Below, in pieces: positions 1-10,774 of a stretch of DNA of 64,000 nt (positions are counted from its first letter, which is position 1; the number at the start of each line of letters is the position of its first letter). Position numbers and translations under genes: made by a program. The stretch is from contig CBDEFM010000002.1 in NCBI GenBank assembly GCA_965237415.1, positions 960,001 to 1,024,000 of the forward strand, written 5' to 3'. The notes under the pieces were generated by a model. That model ran no database searches. It was not told the origin of the DNA and saw only the letters and a list, made by a program, of their open reading frames with translations. The DNA is from Alphaproteobacteria bacterium (GTDB taxonomy: Bacteria; Pseudomonadota; Alphaproteobacteria; UBA828).

Positions 1-774
1 CCCCTCGGCCTCGAACGCATGGTAGAGGCCGGTCCGCCCCACACCCACCTTGACCTCGTCCACCACGATCAGGATGCCGTGCACCCGGCAGCGTTCCTCC
101 AGACCCTTGAGGAATCCGGCAGGCGGCACGATGACGCCGCCGTCCGATTGGATCGGCTCGATGAAGACGGCAGCGATCTCGTCGGGCCGAAGCTCGCTCT
201 CGAAGCGCCGGTCGAGGTCGTCCAGGGCTCCGGCGACCAGATCGGGGCCGAACTGAGGGCGGTAAGGGTCGGGATAGGGCAACCGGGTCAGGCCAGGTCG
301 CGCGGGCGCGTGTGTTTGGGAGCTGTGGCCGGACACCGACATCGAGGCCGCGCTGCCGCCGTGATAGGCGCCGACGAAGGAAAGGATACCGCGGCGGGGC
401 GACGCGGCCTCGAGCAGGCGTACCACGGCGTCGTTGGCGTCGGAGCCGGCGTGGCCGAACCAGACCCGCCGGTCGCGGCCGTCCGGAAAGTGCGCCAGCA
501 GGTCCTCTGCAAGTGCGACGGCGTGGCCGACGGCGCAAGAGGCGAGGCTCACCGCCCCCATGTCGCTCGCGGCCTTGCTCACCGCCTCGGCCACCGCCGG
601 GTGGCTGTAGCCGAGGCTCGCCGCACCCCACGAGGCGCTGAAGTCGAGCACGCGCCGGCCGCCCTCCTCAATCACGTAGGAGCCCGCACCCCCCACGGCG
701 GTTGCCGGAAAGAAGCGAAGCCGCTCGATATCGGCGATGGCACGCCCGTCGCGGGTCATCAGGTCCTGGGTCAT
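1..774 (-). CDS. Class III PLP-dependent aminotransferase (GabT/ArgD-like); 3' end runs off the window edge
   Basis: Not in the ORF track. Manual translation from ATG at 774 gives MTQDLMTRDGRAIADIERLRFFPATAVGGAGSYVIEEGGRRVLDFSASWGAASLGYSHP, the typical class III N-terminus (G+GSY...LDF...LG+SHP); AYHG, IQSDGG and DEVKVG motifs follow. Confidence 0.85.
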   Translation of the reverse strand, partial: MTQDLMTRDGRAIADIERLRFFPATAVGGAGSYVIEEGGRRVLDFSASWGAASLGYSHPAVAEAVSKAASDMGAVSLASCAVGHAVALAEDLLAHFPDGRDRRVWFGHAGSDANDAVVRLLEAASPRRGILSFVGAYHGGSAASMSVSGHSSQTHAPARPGLTRLPYPDPYRPQFGPDLVAGALDDLDRRFESELRPDEIAAVFIEPIQSDGGVIVPPAGFLKGLEERCRVHGILIVVDEVKVGVGRTGLYHAFEAEG

Positions 775-821
775 GGCTCGATCCTGGCGTTGCGTCTCAC
801 AGGCTCTCTTCGGCTCGCATT

Positions 822-2249
822 TCAAATCGGCGGGAGCACGTCCCGCCACGGACTAGCCGCTTCATAGGCCGCCGCGGCCTGGAAGACGCTCAGATCGTCG
901 TAGGTCCGCCCGACGATCTGAATCCCGGTGGGCAGGCCGGCGTCGGTCAGGCCGCTCGGCACCGCGATCACCGGGCACTGGCTTACCATGTTGAAGGGGT
1001 AGCAGAGGTTCCAGCCCAGATAGGCGTGAACCGGCTTGCCGTTGACGCGAAAATCCTCCGCGCCGCAGTCGTGCTCTGCGGCGACCGTCGGCACGGCGAG
1101 CGACGGGCAGACCAGCACGTTGCAGTCCTCGAGGATCGGGGCGAGCGAGCGGTACATCGCGCCGCGCACGATGTTGCAGCGGTAGAGAGTCTCCGCCGAG
1201 TGCGCCCGGCCGTTCTCGATGATGCGGACCATGTAAGGGTCCATCTCCTCGCGCCACTCGTCGAGCATGCCGCCGAGGCTCGCCGCCGCCATGCCCTCCC
1301 AATAGCGAAGATAGGGATGGGGCAAATCGAACCCGGACCAGTCGGGCCGCACCTCGCGGATGGTACAGCCGAGGCGGCGAAAGACCTCGACTGCCGCATG
1401 GGTGTTGCGGGCGACCTCGGGGTCGATCTCGAACATCCCCAGGTCCATCGAGAACCCGATCGTCCAACCCGCGATTGGCGGATAGCTCTCGGGCAGCTCC
1501 ACCCCTTCCCTGAGCGAGCACATGTCGTCGCCGTGCGCGCCCGACATCACGTTCTGCATGAGCGCGGCGTCGCCGACGCTCCGCGCCATCGGCCCATAGT
1601 GGAGCAGCGATTCGATAGGATGATCGCGGTCCAGGGGGTTGCGCCCGAACGGCGGCTTGTAGCCGACGACGTGGCAGGCTGCCGCCGGAATGCGCACCGA
1701 GCCGCCCGCATCGGTGCCGTCGGCGAGCATCGTCATACCCGCTGCGAGCGCTGCGCCGGCGCCGCCCGACGAGCCGCCGGGGGCGTGGTCCAGGCTCCAG
1801 GGGTTGCGCGTGACGCCCCACAGCGGGCTCGCCGTGATCGGCGCGTAGGCGAACTCCGGCGTGGTCGTGCGCGCGTGCATGATGGCGCCGGCATCGAGCA
1901 GGCGGGCGACGGTGGGCGCGGTATGCGTGGGCCTGTTGTCGGCGAAGGCCCTTGAGCCGAAGGTCGTGAGCTCGCCCGCCACCGGGTGAAAGTCCTTGAT
2001 GGCGACCGGAATACCTTCCAGAGGCCGCGCGCTTCCGCGCCTGTAGGCGTCCTCGGCCGCACGAGCCTGGTCGAGCGCACGCTCGCTATGGATCTCGGTG
2101 AACGCGTTGAGTGCCGGGTTGACGGCATCGATCCGCGCCAACGTGGCTTCCATGAGTGCGACCGGCGAGAGCGTCCCCGCCTTGAACGCGGCAACCGCCT
2201 CGGTGGCGGTCATGGTGGAGAGCTCTTGGGGGGTCAAGGCCACTCTCAT
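822..2249 (-). CDS. Amidase signature family protein
   Basis: IAIKD-type motif (PVAIKD), PGGSSGG, GTDAGGSVRIPAA and C-terminal GLPTGIQIVG. Confidence 0.92.
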   Translation of the reverse strand: MRVALTPQELSTMTATEAVAAFKAGTLSPVALMEATLARIDAVNPALNAFTEIHSERALDQARAAEDAYRRGSARPLEGIPVAIKDFHPVAGELTTFGSRAFADNRPTHTAPTVARLLDAGAIMHARTTTPEFAYAPITASPLWGVTRNPWSLDHAPGGSSGGAGAALAAGMTMLADGTDAGGSVRIPAAACHVVGYKPPFGRNPLDRDHPIESLLHYGPMARSVGDAALMQNVMSGAHGDDMCSLREGVELPESYPPIAGWTIGFSMDLGMFEIDPEVARNTHAAVEVFRRLGCTIREVRPDWSGFDLPHPYLRYWEGMAAASLGGMLDEWREEMDPYMVRIIENGRAHSAETLYRCNIVRGAMYRSLAPILEDCNVLVCPSLAVPTVAAEHDCGAEDFRVNGKPVHAYLGWNLCYPFNMVSQCPVIAVPSGLTDAGLPTGIQIVGRTYDDLSVFQAAAAYEAASPWRDVLPPI

Positions 2250-2270
2250 CGCCCGGCCATACCGTTCGGT

Positions 2271-3005
2271 CTAGCTGCGAGCCCCGCCGTAGCGCCGCTC
2301 ACGGCGCTGGAACTCACCGATCGCCTCGTCGAGGTGCTCGAGCGTGAAGTCGGGCCACAGCGTCGGCACGAACACAAGCTCCGTATAGGCCGACTGCCAC
2401 AGCAGGAAGTTGCTGAGCCGCTGCTCGCCGCTGGTGCGGATCACCAGATCGAGGTCCGGCAGGTTGCGGGTCTGAAGGTGGCGCTGGAACGTCTCTTCCG
2501 AGATTTGGTCGGCATCGAGGTCGCCGTCGCGGACCTGCTCGGCGATTCGGCGGACCGTATCGACGATCTCCTGCCGCCCGCCATAGTTGACGGCGACCGT
2601 GAGGGTGAGCGTCGCGTTATGCCGGGTGCTCTCCTCGGCCTCGGAGATAAGGGCGTTGATCTCCTTGCTCAGCCGTGAGCGGTCGCCGATGAAGGCGATT
2701 TGGACGCCGTTGCCGCGCAGGTCGGCGACCTCGCGCCGCAGGTAAAGGCGGAGTAGGCCCATGAGGTCCTCGACCTCGCCCACGGGCCGCTTCCAGTTCT
2801 CGGACGAGAACGCGTAGATGGTGAGATAGCGAATGCCGCGGCTCGAGCAGCCTTTGAGGATCTTTCGCACGACCTCGGCGCCGCGCCGGTGGCCCGCCGT
2901 TCTCGGCAGGCCCCGTGCCCGCGCCCAGCGCCCGTTGCCATCGAGGATGATGCCGACGTGCAGGTAAGGGTCCTGCCGGTCGGCGAAAGACCGCGCGAGC
3001 GCCAT
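2271..3005 (-). CDS. uppS: Undecaprenyl diphosphate synthase (cis-prenyltransferase)
   Basis: HVGIILDGNGRWA, YAFSSENWKRP and RTSGEQRLSNFLLWQ; lies directly after frr. Start taken at ATG 3005. Confidence 0.96.
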   Translation of the reverse strand: MALARSFADRQDPYLHVGIILDGNGRWARARGLPRTAGHRRGAEVVRKILKGCSSRGIRYLTIYAFSSENWKRPVGEVEDLMGLLRLYLRREVADLRGNGVQIAFIGDRSRLSKEINALISEAEESTRHNATLTLTVAVNYGGRQEIVDTVRRIAEQVRDGDLDADQISEETFQRHLQTRNLPDLDLVIRTSGEQRLSNFLLWQSAYTELVFVPTLWPDFTLEHLDEAIGEFQRRERRYGGARS

Positions 3006-3007
3006 GT

Positions 3008-3565
3008 CTAGACCTGCAAGATCTCGCGTTCCTTGGACTCGAACATCTCGGTCATTGTCTTGACGAACCCGTCGGTCATCTCCTGTATCTCGGTCGCCCA
3101 CAGCCGCGATTCGTCTTCGCTGAGGTCGCCCGCTTTTTCCATCTTCTTGAGCTGGTCCATGCCGTCGCGCCGGACGTTGCGCGCCGCGACCTTCGCCTGC
3201 TCGGTATACTTGGCGGCAACCTTGGCGAGTTCGCGGCGGCGCTCCTCGTTCAACTCCGGAATCGGGATTCGGAGCGACTGACCGTCGACGATCGGATTGA
3301 GCCCGAGATCGGAGGAGCGGATCGCCTTCTCGACTGCCTTCACCTGAGTCTTGTCCCAGACCTGGACCGAGAGCATGCGCGGTTCGGGGATATTGATTGT
3401 CGCGACCTGGTTAAGCGGCATCTTGCTCTCATAGGCCTCGACGACGATGGGCTCCAGCAGGCTCAACGACGCGCGCCCCGTTCGGAGCCCGCCCAACTCC
3501 TTCCGCAGGGCCTCGACGGCACCCTTCATCCGGCGTTCCAAGTCATCAAGATCAGGATCGGCCAT
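3008..3565 (-). CDS. frr: Ribosome recycling factor
   Basis: [24 protein letters not shown] and RNVRRD; pyrH-frr-uppS order. Start at ATG 3565. Confidence 0.97.
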   Translation of the reverse strand: MADPDLDDLERRMKGAVEALRKELGGLRTGRASLSLLEPIVVEAYESKMPLNQVATINIPEPRMLSVQVWDKTQVKAVEKAIRSSDLGLNPIVDGQSLRIPIPELNEERRRELAKVAAKYTEQAKVAARNVRRDGMDQLKKMEKAGDLSEDESRLWATEIQEMTDGFVKTMTEMFESKEREILQV

Positions 3566-3575
3566 CGCGACAGCC

Positions 3576-4295
3576 CTAGTCCGATATGATGGTGAAGGGT
3601 CCGTTCCCGTCCAGTACGGCGGCGAGCCCGCCCTTCTTGCGAATGGAGAATACCACAATCGGAATGCCGTTTTCCCGCGCCAGCGAGATCGCCGACGCAT
3701 CCATGGCCTTCAGGTCCTTCGACAGCACCTCCAGATAGGAGAGCCGCTCGAAGCGCTCCGCCCCGGCGACGACCTCGGGGTCGGCTGCATAGATGCCGTC
3801 GACCTTGGTGCCCTTGAGCAGCGCGTCGCACCCCATTTCCGCAGCGCGCAGCGCCGCGGCGGTATCGGTGGTGAAGAACGGATTGCCGGTGCCGCCCGCG
3901 AAAAGCACGATCCGTCCCTTTTCGAGGTGACGTTGCCCACGCCGGCGGATGTAGGGCTCGCAGACCGGCGCGATCGGGAGCGCGGAAAGTACCCGCGTCG
4001 CCTTGCCCAGCCGCTCCAGGGCATGCTGCATCGCGACCGCGTTCATCACCGTCGCCAGCATGCCGATATAGTCGGCGGTCGCCCGCTCCATGCCGGCGGC
4101 GGCGTCGGAGGAGCCGCGAAAAATGTTGCCGCCGCCGACGACGGCGCAGACCTCCACGCCGCTCTCTTGAACCTCGGCGATCTCGCCGGCGAGCCGATCC
4201 ACCGCCTCCCCGTCGATCCCGTAAGGCGCGTCTCCCCTCAGCGCCTCGCCGGATATCTTCAGGAGGATTCGCTTGTATCGGGGGGATGCGGTCAT
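3576..4295 (-). CDS. pyrH: UMP kinase
   Basis: [21 protein letters not shown] and [17 protein letters not shown]. Start at ATG 4295. Confidence 0.97.
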   Translation of the reverse strand: MTASPRYKRILLKISGEALRGDAPYGIDGEAVDRLAGEIAEVQESGVEVCAVVGGGNIFRGSSDAAAGMERATADYIGMLATVMNAVAMQHALERLGKATRVLSALPIAPVCEPYIRRRGQRHLEKGRIVLFAGGTGNPFFTTDTAAALRAAEMGCDALLKGTKVDGIYAADPEVVAGAERFERLSYLEVLSKDLKAMDASAISLARENGIPIVVFSIRKKGGLAAVLDGNGPFTIISD

Positions 4296-4323
4296 CGCGG
4301 GCTCAGGTGCATTAGGCAGACGA

Positions 4324-5250
4324 TCAGGACTCGAGTTGTGCGGCAACTTCAGCGGCGAAATCCTTGCTCTCCCGCTCGATCCCTTCGCCCAGCTGGTAGC
4401 GGACGAAACCGCTCACCGCGACGGATGTGTCGAGCGTGCCGGCATGCGACTCCAGCACTGATTTCACCCGGGTCTCGCCGTCGATCACCCAGGTCTGCTC
4501 CAGGAGGACGACCTCCTCGAAGAACTTGCGCAGTCTGCCCTCGATCATCTTCTCGATGATGTTCTCGGGCTTGCCCTCGGCCCGCGCCTGCTCTGCGAGG
4601 ACCCCGCGTTCGCGCTCGACCATTGTCTGATCGAGCGAGTCGCGCGAGACCGCCTGCGGGCTCGCGGCGGCGATGTGCATGGCGAGCTCATGGGCGGGGC
4701 GCTCTAGGCTCTCAGTGGGCGCAGGGGACTCCACGGCGACCAGCACGCCGAGCCGGCCCAGACCCTCGGCGGTCGGCATATGAATGTAATCGCCGACGAC
4801 ACCCGCCGGCGTGGAAAGAACGACCGTCCGCCGCAGCTGGATGTTCTCGCCGATGGTGGCGACGAGGTTGGTGATCTCTTCGGCAACGGTGCGGCCGGCC
4901 CCCGGATAGGACGCCGCCGACAGACGCTCGAGATCGCCCTCGCAGTCCAACGCGATCCTGGCGACCTCGCGCACCACCGCCTGGAAATCAGCGTTGCGTG
5001 CAACGAAATCGGTCTCGGCGTTGATCTCGACCATCGCCGCCTTGCCCGGCGCCGTCGCCATCCCGATCAGCCCTTCCGCGGCAGTGCGCCCGGCCTTGCG
5101 CGCGGCCTGGGCGAGGCCGCTCTTGCGCAACCAGTCGACCGCGGCCTCCAGCTCACCGTCGGTCTCTGTCAGCGCCTTCTTGCAGTCCATCATGCCGGCG
5201 CCGGTCTTGTCGCGCAGTTGCTTGACCAGCGCGGCCGTAATCTGAGCCAT
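4324..5250 (-). CDS. tsf: Elongation factor Ts
   Basis: [19 protein letters not shown] and NAETDFVA. Confidence 0.98.
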   Translation of the reverse strand: MAQITAALVKQLRDKTGAGMMDCKKALTETDGELEAAVDWLRKSGLAQAARKAGRTAAEGLIGMATAPGKAAMVEINAETDFVARNADFQAVVREVARIALDCEGDLERLSAASYPGAGRTVAEEITNLVATIGENIQLRRTVVLSTPAGVVGDYIHMPTAEGLGRLGVLVAVESPAPTESLERPAHELAMHIAAASPQAVSRDSLDQTMVERERGVLAEQARAEGKPENIIEKMIEGRLRKFFEEVVLLEQTWVIDGETRVKSVLESHAGTLDTSVAVSGFVRYQLGEGIERESKDFAAEVAAQLES

Positions 5251-5279
5251 CGTCCTCTACTCCCCGGTCCGAGGCGCGG

Positions 5280-6233
5280 TCACGCGCCCGCCGCCTGTTC
5301 TTCGCCGCCGCCTTCAGCCGCCTCGGGCGCCGGTGGCGCCGCGCCAGCATCGGCGGTGGTATCGGCGGGGGCATTGGGGGCCGCGTCGCCATCGGCCGGC
5401 GCTTCCTCGGCCACCTCGGCCGCGTCGCCATCGACCGGCGCCTCCTCGGCCGCCTCGGTCGCCTCGGTCGCGTCGCCATCGACCGGCGGCAGATCCTCGG
5501 CCAGGCCCTCTTCGGCAGCGCCGATATCGGCGCCCGAGGCGGCGAGCTCCACCTGAAGACCGTCGATGACCGCGCGAGCGAACAGGTCGCAATAGAGGTT
5601 GATCGCACGGATCGCATCGTCGTTGCCGGGAACCGGGTGGGTGATGAGGTCGGGGTCGCTATTGCTGTCGATGATCGCAACGACCGGGATGCCCAGCTTG
5701 CGCGCCTCCAGAATCGCGATGTCTTCCTTGTTCGTATCGATGACCACGAGCACGTCCGGCACACCGCCCATGTCGCGAATACCGCCTAGCGCGAGCTCGA
5801 GCTTGTTGCGGCGGCGGACCAGTCGCAGCATCTCTTTCTTGGTCAGGCCGGCGGCTTCGTCGGCCAGCGTCGCTTCGAGATCGGCGAGTGTCTTGATCGA
5901 GCCGGAAATCGCCTTCCAGTTCGTCAGCATCCCGCCCAGCCAGCGGTGATTGACATAGTACTGGCCGCAACGGCGGGCGGTCTCCGCGATCGGCTTGGAG
6001 GCCTGCCGCTTGGTGCCGACGAAGAGGATGCGCCCGCCCCCTGCGGCGACGTCGCGCAGCGCGACGAGCGCCTGATGCAGCAGGGGAACGGTCTGCTCCA
6101 GATCGATAACGTGAACGCCGTTTCGCACGCCGAACAGATAGGAGCGCATCTTCGGGTTCCAGCGCCGCGTCTGGTGCCCGAAATGAACACCGGCTTCGAG
6201 AAGCTGGCGCATGCTGAATTCTGGCAGAGCCAT
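5280..6233 (-). CDS. rpsB: 30S ribosomal protein S2 with acidic Ala/Glu-rich C-terminal tail
   Basis: [28 protein letters not shown] and PGNDDAIRA. Confidence 0.98.
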   Translation of the reverse strand: MALPEFSMRQLLEAGVHFGHQTRRWNPKMRSYLFGVRNGVHVIDLEQTVPLLHQALVALRDVAAGGGRILFVGTKRQASKPIAETARRCGQYYVNHRWLGGMLTNWKAISGSIKTLADLEATLADEAAGLTKKEMLRLVRRRNKLELALGGIRDMGGVPDVLVVIDTNKEDIAILEARKLGIPVVAIIDSNSDPDLITHPVPGNDDAIRAINLYCDLFARAVIDGLQVELAASGADIGAAEEGLAEDLPPVDGDATEATEAAEEAPVDGDAAEVAEEAPADGDAAPNAPADTTADAGAAPPAPEAAEGGGEEQAAGA

Positions 6234-6335
6234 TGGCTGTCCTTTCTCCGGTTCCTCCTCCGCGGATCATGCCCCCGGCTAGGCCGGGCACCGGACCGGC
6301 ACGCTCCTCTTGAGTGCCGTCTTCCGCGTGTGAAT
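6234..6335 (-). promoter_or_regulatory. Structured rpsB 5' leader (putative S2 autoregulatory element)
   Basis: The minus strand reads ATTCACACGCGG...GGCAC/GTGCC stem...TGCCCGGC-CTA-GCCGGGGCA stem...CCGCG ahead of the RBS (AAAGGA). Its position matches the known rpsB leader; the function is inferred. Confidence 0.5.
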
Positions 6336-6402
6336 TCCTGCCCAAGGCAGGTGAGCGCTTGATAACGCCGGCGCCCCCGGTGCGCAAGGCCCGAACCTGA
6401 AC

Positions 6403-9400
6403 TCAGACAGGCCGCACCGCCGGGAGTTCGCGAACGTCGGAGACACCGCCAAGCCCGCCGATCTCGGCGCTGAGAGAAGGGCTGAGCGCATAGGCAGTGG
6501 GTAGCTCGATCTCGACCGTGACGGCGTCGCCGGTCTCGACGAAAATCGCGATGCGCCCGCTGCCCTCTTGCCGCTTCGCGAGAATCGCGCTCAGTGGCGC
6601 AAGCACGTCCGTATGGTGCACGTGCACTGCAAGGCCGGTCAGGTTTCGCGAGAGCCTCGCATCGAGATCGTCGAAGCTCTGTGCGGAGAGCTTGACGTCT
6701 TCGCCCTCCATACGGGCCTGCGCGGTCACCAGCACAGGCTTGCCGGGCTCCAGCACGCCGCGTCCGTCGCCGTAGGTCTCACGGAAGGCCGCCACCTCGT
6801 AACTGCCGCTCGGGTCGGAGAGCTGGATAAAGGCGTAGCGCCGCGAACCCGGCCCCCGCTCCCTCACCGAAAGCACCACCCCTGCGAGGCGGAAGCGGGT
6901 GACGCCCGACGCAAGCTGCTGTGCCACCTGAGCCGACGGAGTGACCGAGAGCCCTTTGAGCGCATCCACGTAGGAATCGAGCGGATGGGCGGAGAGATAG
7001 AAGCCCACCGCCTCTTGCTCGGCTGCCAGCCTCTCGTTCAGGTCCCAATCCTCCTGCTCCGGCAGGCTCGGCCGCGGCGCGAGCGTCGCATCGGTATCGT
7101 CGAAGAGCGAAGCCTGCGTGCACGAGAGCCGGGCCGCGCTGGAAAAAGCAAGGAGGACCTCGGCGCCGTCGGCTAACTGCCGGCGGTTTGACGTGAGGCT
7201 GTCGAAGGCGCCGGCCTTGGCCAGGTTCTCGATCTGGCGGCGGTTGATCTGGTGCGGATCGATGCGGCCGGCGAAATCGAAGGGATCGCGATACGGCCCG
7301 CTCTCGGCCCGCTCGTCCGCCAGTGCCGTCATCGCCTGAACGCCGACATTCCTGATCGCGCCGAGCGCGTAGCGGATCGCCTTGGTGCCGTCGGCCAGCT
7401 GCTCGACCGAGAACGTCGCCCTGGACGCGTTGATGTCGGGCGGCAGCAGAGGAATCCCAAGCCGCTCGAGCTCCCGGCGGAACAATTCGAGCCGGTCGAC
7501 ATTGTTGATCTCCAGGCTCATCGAAGCGGCCAGGAACTCGACCGGGTGGTTGGCCTTGAGGTAGGCGGTCTGGTAGGCGACCAGCGCGTAGGCCGCTGCG
7601 TGGGACTTGTTGAAGCCGTAGCCGGCAAATTTCGCGACCAGATCGAAGATGCGGCTGGCGTCGGCCCGTGCAACGTCGTTGGCGAGAGCGCCTTTGACGA
7701 AGGTCTCCCGCTGAGCGTCCATCTCCGCCTTGATCTTCTTGCCCATAGCGCGGCGCAGCAGATCTGCGCCACCCAGGCTGTAGCCGGCGAGAACCTTGGC
7801 AATCTCCATCACCTGTTCCTGGTAGATGATGACGCCGAAGGTCTCTTTGAGAATGCCGGTCAGCTTCGGGTGCAGATAGTCCGGCTTCTCGCGGCCGTGC
7901 TTGCAGGCGATGTAACGGGGAATGTTGTCCATCGGCCCGGGGCGATAGAGCGCGACGAGCGCGATGATGTCCTCGATACAGTCCGGCTTGAGGCTGCGGA
8001 GCGCGTCCCTCATGCCTGCGCTTTCCAGCTGGAAGACGCCCATCGCAGTACCGCGGCCCAGCATCTCGTAGGTGGCCTCGTCGTCGAGCGGGACAGAGGC
8101 GAGGTCGATCTCGACCCCGGCCTCGCGCAGAATTTCGCTCGCATCGTCGAGCACGGTGAGCGTCTTGAGGCCCAGCAGGTCGAACTTCACGAGCCCGGAC
8201 ATCTCGGCGTACTTCATCGAGAACTGTGTCGCCGGCATCTCCGAGCGCGGATCGCGATAGAGGGGCACCAGCTCGCTGAGCGGCCGGTCGCCAATGACGA
8301 TGCCCGCAGCATGGGTCGAGGCATGGCGGTACAGCCCTTCGAGCTGGAGCGATATCTCGATCAGGCGGGCGATTGTCGAATCGTTGTCGCGTTCGGTCGC
8401 GAGCCGGGGCTCGGTGTCGAGCGCTTGCTGCAGCGTCACCGGATTGGCCGGATTGTAGGGAACCAGCTTGCACAGACGGTCGACGCGGCCGTAGCCGAGT
8501 CCGAGCACACGGCCTACATCGCGGAGCACCGCGCGGGCCTGAAGCTTACCGAAGGTGATGATCTGGGCGACCCGGTCCTTGCCATAGCGCCGGCAGACAT
8601 AGTCGATGACCTCGTCGCGGCGCTCCGGGCAGAAGTCGATGTCGAAGTCGGGCATCGACACTCGTTCGGGATTGAGGAAGCGCTCGAACAGCAGGCCGAA
8701 GCGGAGCGGGTCGAGATCGGTGACGGTCAGCGCCCACGCCACCACCGAGCCGGCGCCCGAACCCCGGCCCGGGCCGACCGGGATCCCCTCTCCCCGCGCC
8801 CAGCGCACGATGTCGGCGACGATGAGGAAGTAGCCTGCGAACTGCATCTCGATGATGACGCCGAGCTCGTAGGCGAGCCGCTCCCGATAAGCCGCCGCCG
8901 CCGCCCCGCAGGCCGCGCTGTCCATATCGTCGCGGTAGACTTCGGCTTCTAGGCGGCGCTCCAATCCCTCCTTGGCCTCGGCGCGCAGCGTTTCGGCCTC
9001 GCTAGTGTCGCCGGCGGTAGTGAACGCCGGCAGGATCGGCTTCCTCACCGGCGCCATGACGGCGCAACGGCGGGCGATTACGACGGTGTTGTCCACGGCC
9101 TCCGGCACATCGGCGAAGAGCGCCCGCATCTCCTCTGCCGGGCGGAAGAAGTGCCGAGGGGTCAGGCGGCGCCGGTTCTCGTCCTCGACGTGGCTGTTCT
9201 GAGCCACGCAGAGCAAGACGTCGTGGGCCTCGTGCATCTCGGAGCGGAGGAAATAGACGTCGTTCGTCGCAACCAGCGGTAGATCGAGCTTGTCGGCAAG
9301 CTCGATCAGGTGCGCCTCGATCTGCTCCTCCTCCGCGAGGCCGTGGCGCATGAGCTCGACATAGAGCCGGTCCGGAAAGATCTCGCCAAGTCGCGCCAAG

Positions 9401-9876
9401 AGGGCGCGCGCGGCCTCGACCTGACCGTCCAGGAGGAGCCGCCCGACCGGGCCGGCTGGCCCGCCCGTGAGCGCCAACAATCCCTCCGCCCGCGCGGCCA
9501 CCTCGTCCAAGGTGACGAGGGGCCGCCCGCCGGCGCCGCCCTGGATAAAGGCTTCGCTGGTCAGCGCCGTGAGGTTGCGATAGCCGGCTTCGTCCTGCGC
9601 GAGCAGCAGCAGCCACGATACCGCGCGGCTCTGTTGGCCGGGTTGGTCGGTGCGCGTGCCGATCGCGAGGTCGCAGCCGATGATGGGCTGCACGCCCCCC
9701 TCGCTGCACGCCTCCGAGAATGCCAGCGCACCGAACATGTTGCCGCGATCGGCGATGGCGCAGGCTGGCATTCGCCAGTCGCGGCACGTCTCGACGAGCT
9801 CGTCGAGCCTGACCGCACCCTCCAGCAGCGAATAGGCGGAGCGGACCCGAAGGTGGACGAAATCGGTGTGGGCCAT
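6403..9876 (-). CDS. dnaE: DNA polymerase III alpha subunit
   Basis: FVHLRVRSAYSLLEG, GPGRGSGAGS, RVSMPDFDIDF and YGFNKSHAAAY, with a C-terminal OB fold. Start at ATG 9876. Confidence 0.97.
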   Translation of the reverse strand: MAHTDFVHLRVRSAYSLLEGAVRLDELVETCRDWRMPACAIADRGNMFGALAFSEACSEGGVQPIIGCDLAIGTRTDQPGQQSRAVSWLLLLAQDEAGYRNLTALTSEAFIQGGAGGRPLVTLDEVAARAEGLLALTGGPAGPVGRLLLDGQVEAARALLARLGEIFPDRLYVELMRHGLAEEEQIEAHLIELADKLDLPLVATNDVYFLRSEMHEAHDVLLCVAQNSHVEDENRRRLTPRHFFRPAEEMRALFADVPEAVDNTVVIARRCAVMAPVRKPILPAFTTAGDTSEAETLRAEAKEGLERRLEAEVYRDDMDSAACGAAAAAYRERLAYELGVIIEMQFAGYFLIVADIVRWARGEGIPVGPGRGSGAGSVVAWALTVTDLDPLRFGLLFERFLNPERVSMPDFDIDFCPERRDEVIDYVCRRYGKDRVAQIITFGKLQARAVLRDVGRVLGLGYGRVDRLCKLVPYNPANPVTLQQALDTEPRLATERDNDSTIARLIEISLQLEGLYRHASTHAAGIVIGDRPLSELVPLYRDPRSEMPATQFSMKYAEMSGLVKFDLLGLKTLTVLDDASEILREAGVEIDLASVPLDDEATYEMLGRGTAMGVFQLESAGMRDALRSLKPDCIEDIIALVALYRPGPMDNIPRYIACKHGREKPDYLHPKLTGILKETFGVIIYQEQVMEIAKVLAGYSLGGADLLRRAMGKKIKAEMDAQRETFVKGALANDVARADASRIFDLVAKFAGYGFNKSHAAAYALVAYQTAYLKANHPVEFLAASMSLEINNVDRLELFRRELERLGIPLLPPDINASRATFSVEQLADGTKAIRYALGAIRNVGVQAMTALADERAESGPYRDPFDFAGRIDPHQINRRQIENLAKAGAFDSLTSNRRQLADGAEVLLAFSSAARLSCTQASLFDDTDATLAPRPSLPEQEDWDLNERLAAEQEAVGFYLSAHPLDSYVDALKGLSVTPSAQVAQQLASGVTRFRLAGVVLSVRERGPGSRRYAFIQLSDPSGSYEVAAFRETYGDGRGVLEPGKPVLVTAQARMEGEDVKLSAQSFDDLDARLSRNLTGLAVHVHHTDVLAPLSAILAKRQEGSGRIAIFVETGDAVTVEIELPTAYALSPSLSAEIGGLGGVSDVRELPAVRPV

Positions 9877-10059
9877 GGCGATGCCAACTCGAATCGATGC
9901 AGGACGCGGACGGCCGATAGATGCCACACGCCAGCGCGGCCGTCACGCTTCGCCGTGGCGAGCGCGGAACGCTATGAAACAAAGACGCAACGGAGATGGC
10001 TCTAAGAGCCGCGCTTTGCTAGGATCGCCGATCTGCCGATTGAATTGGGGCCCAGCGAC

Positions 10060-10710
10060 ATGGACGAGCACGGACAAGGACAGACTTATCGGGAAGAGAC
10101 CGCCCTGCGCGAGACCATGGGCGAGACCATGGAAATCTCGGAGAAGAAGTGCATCCCCTCGCTGGACAAGCACTGCAAGGCGTTCATCGAGCGCTCGCCC
10201 TTCCTCTGCATCGGCACCAGCCGCTCTGGCGGCCGCGCCGACGTGTCGCCGCGCGGCGACCCGCCCGGTTTCGTCCAGATTCTGGACGACAGCACGCTCT
10301 TCATTCCGGATCGGCCCGGCAACAACCGGCTCGATACGATGACCAACATCATCGAGAACCCGAATGTCGGCCTGCTCTTCCTGGTCCCCGGATTCGACGA
10401 CACGCTGCGCGTGAACGGCAAGGCGACGATCATCCGGGACGATGCGTTGGCACAGGCCACCGCGGTCAATGGCAAGGAGCCGAAGGTAGGCATCAAGGTC
10501 GAAGTCCAGGAGGCATTCCTGCACTGCGCCAAGGCGTTCAAGCGCTCGCGGCTCTGGGACGAAGAGAGCAAGCAGGACCGCCGCGAACTGCCATCGCTTG
10601 GCCGGATAATCCTGGAGCAGACGGCTCCGCCGGAAGAGCCGCCAACGGAAGAGACGGTCAAGGAGACCGACGAGTTCGTCGAGGAGAACTATCGCACCGA
10701 GCTCTATTAG
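10060..10710 (+). CDS. Pyridoxamine 5'-phosphate oxidase-like FMN-binding protein (MSMEG_1061-type)
   Basis: DVSPRGDPPGFV, PDRPGNNRLD, LRVNG and HCAKAFKRSRLW motifs. Confidence 0.85.
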   Translation: MDEHGQGQTYREETALRETMGETMEISEKKCIPSLDKHCKAFIERSPFLCIGTSRSGGRADVSPRGDPPGFVQILDDSTLFIPDRPGNNRLDTMTNIIENPNVGLLFLVPGFDDTLRVNGKATIIRDDALAQATAVNGKEPKVGIKVEVQEAFLHCAKAFKRSRLWDEESKQDRRELPSLGRIILEQTAPPEEPPTEETVKETDEFVEENYRTELY

Positions 10711-10774
10711 CCCGGAACCGAGACTCCGGCCTCACCGGCGCCGCGCGGTGCACGCCAGCAGCAGGAGCTTCGCC

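Noticed and set aside
6403-9876. Intein or split in dnaE
   Set aside because: The length (about 1157 aa) and motif spacing are normal, and no intein signature is visible.
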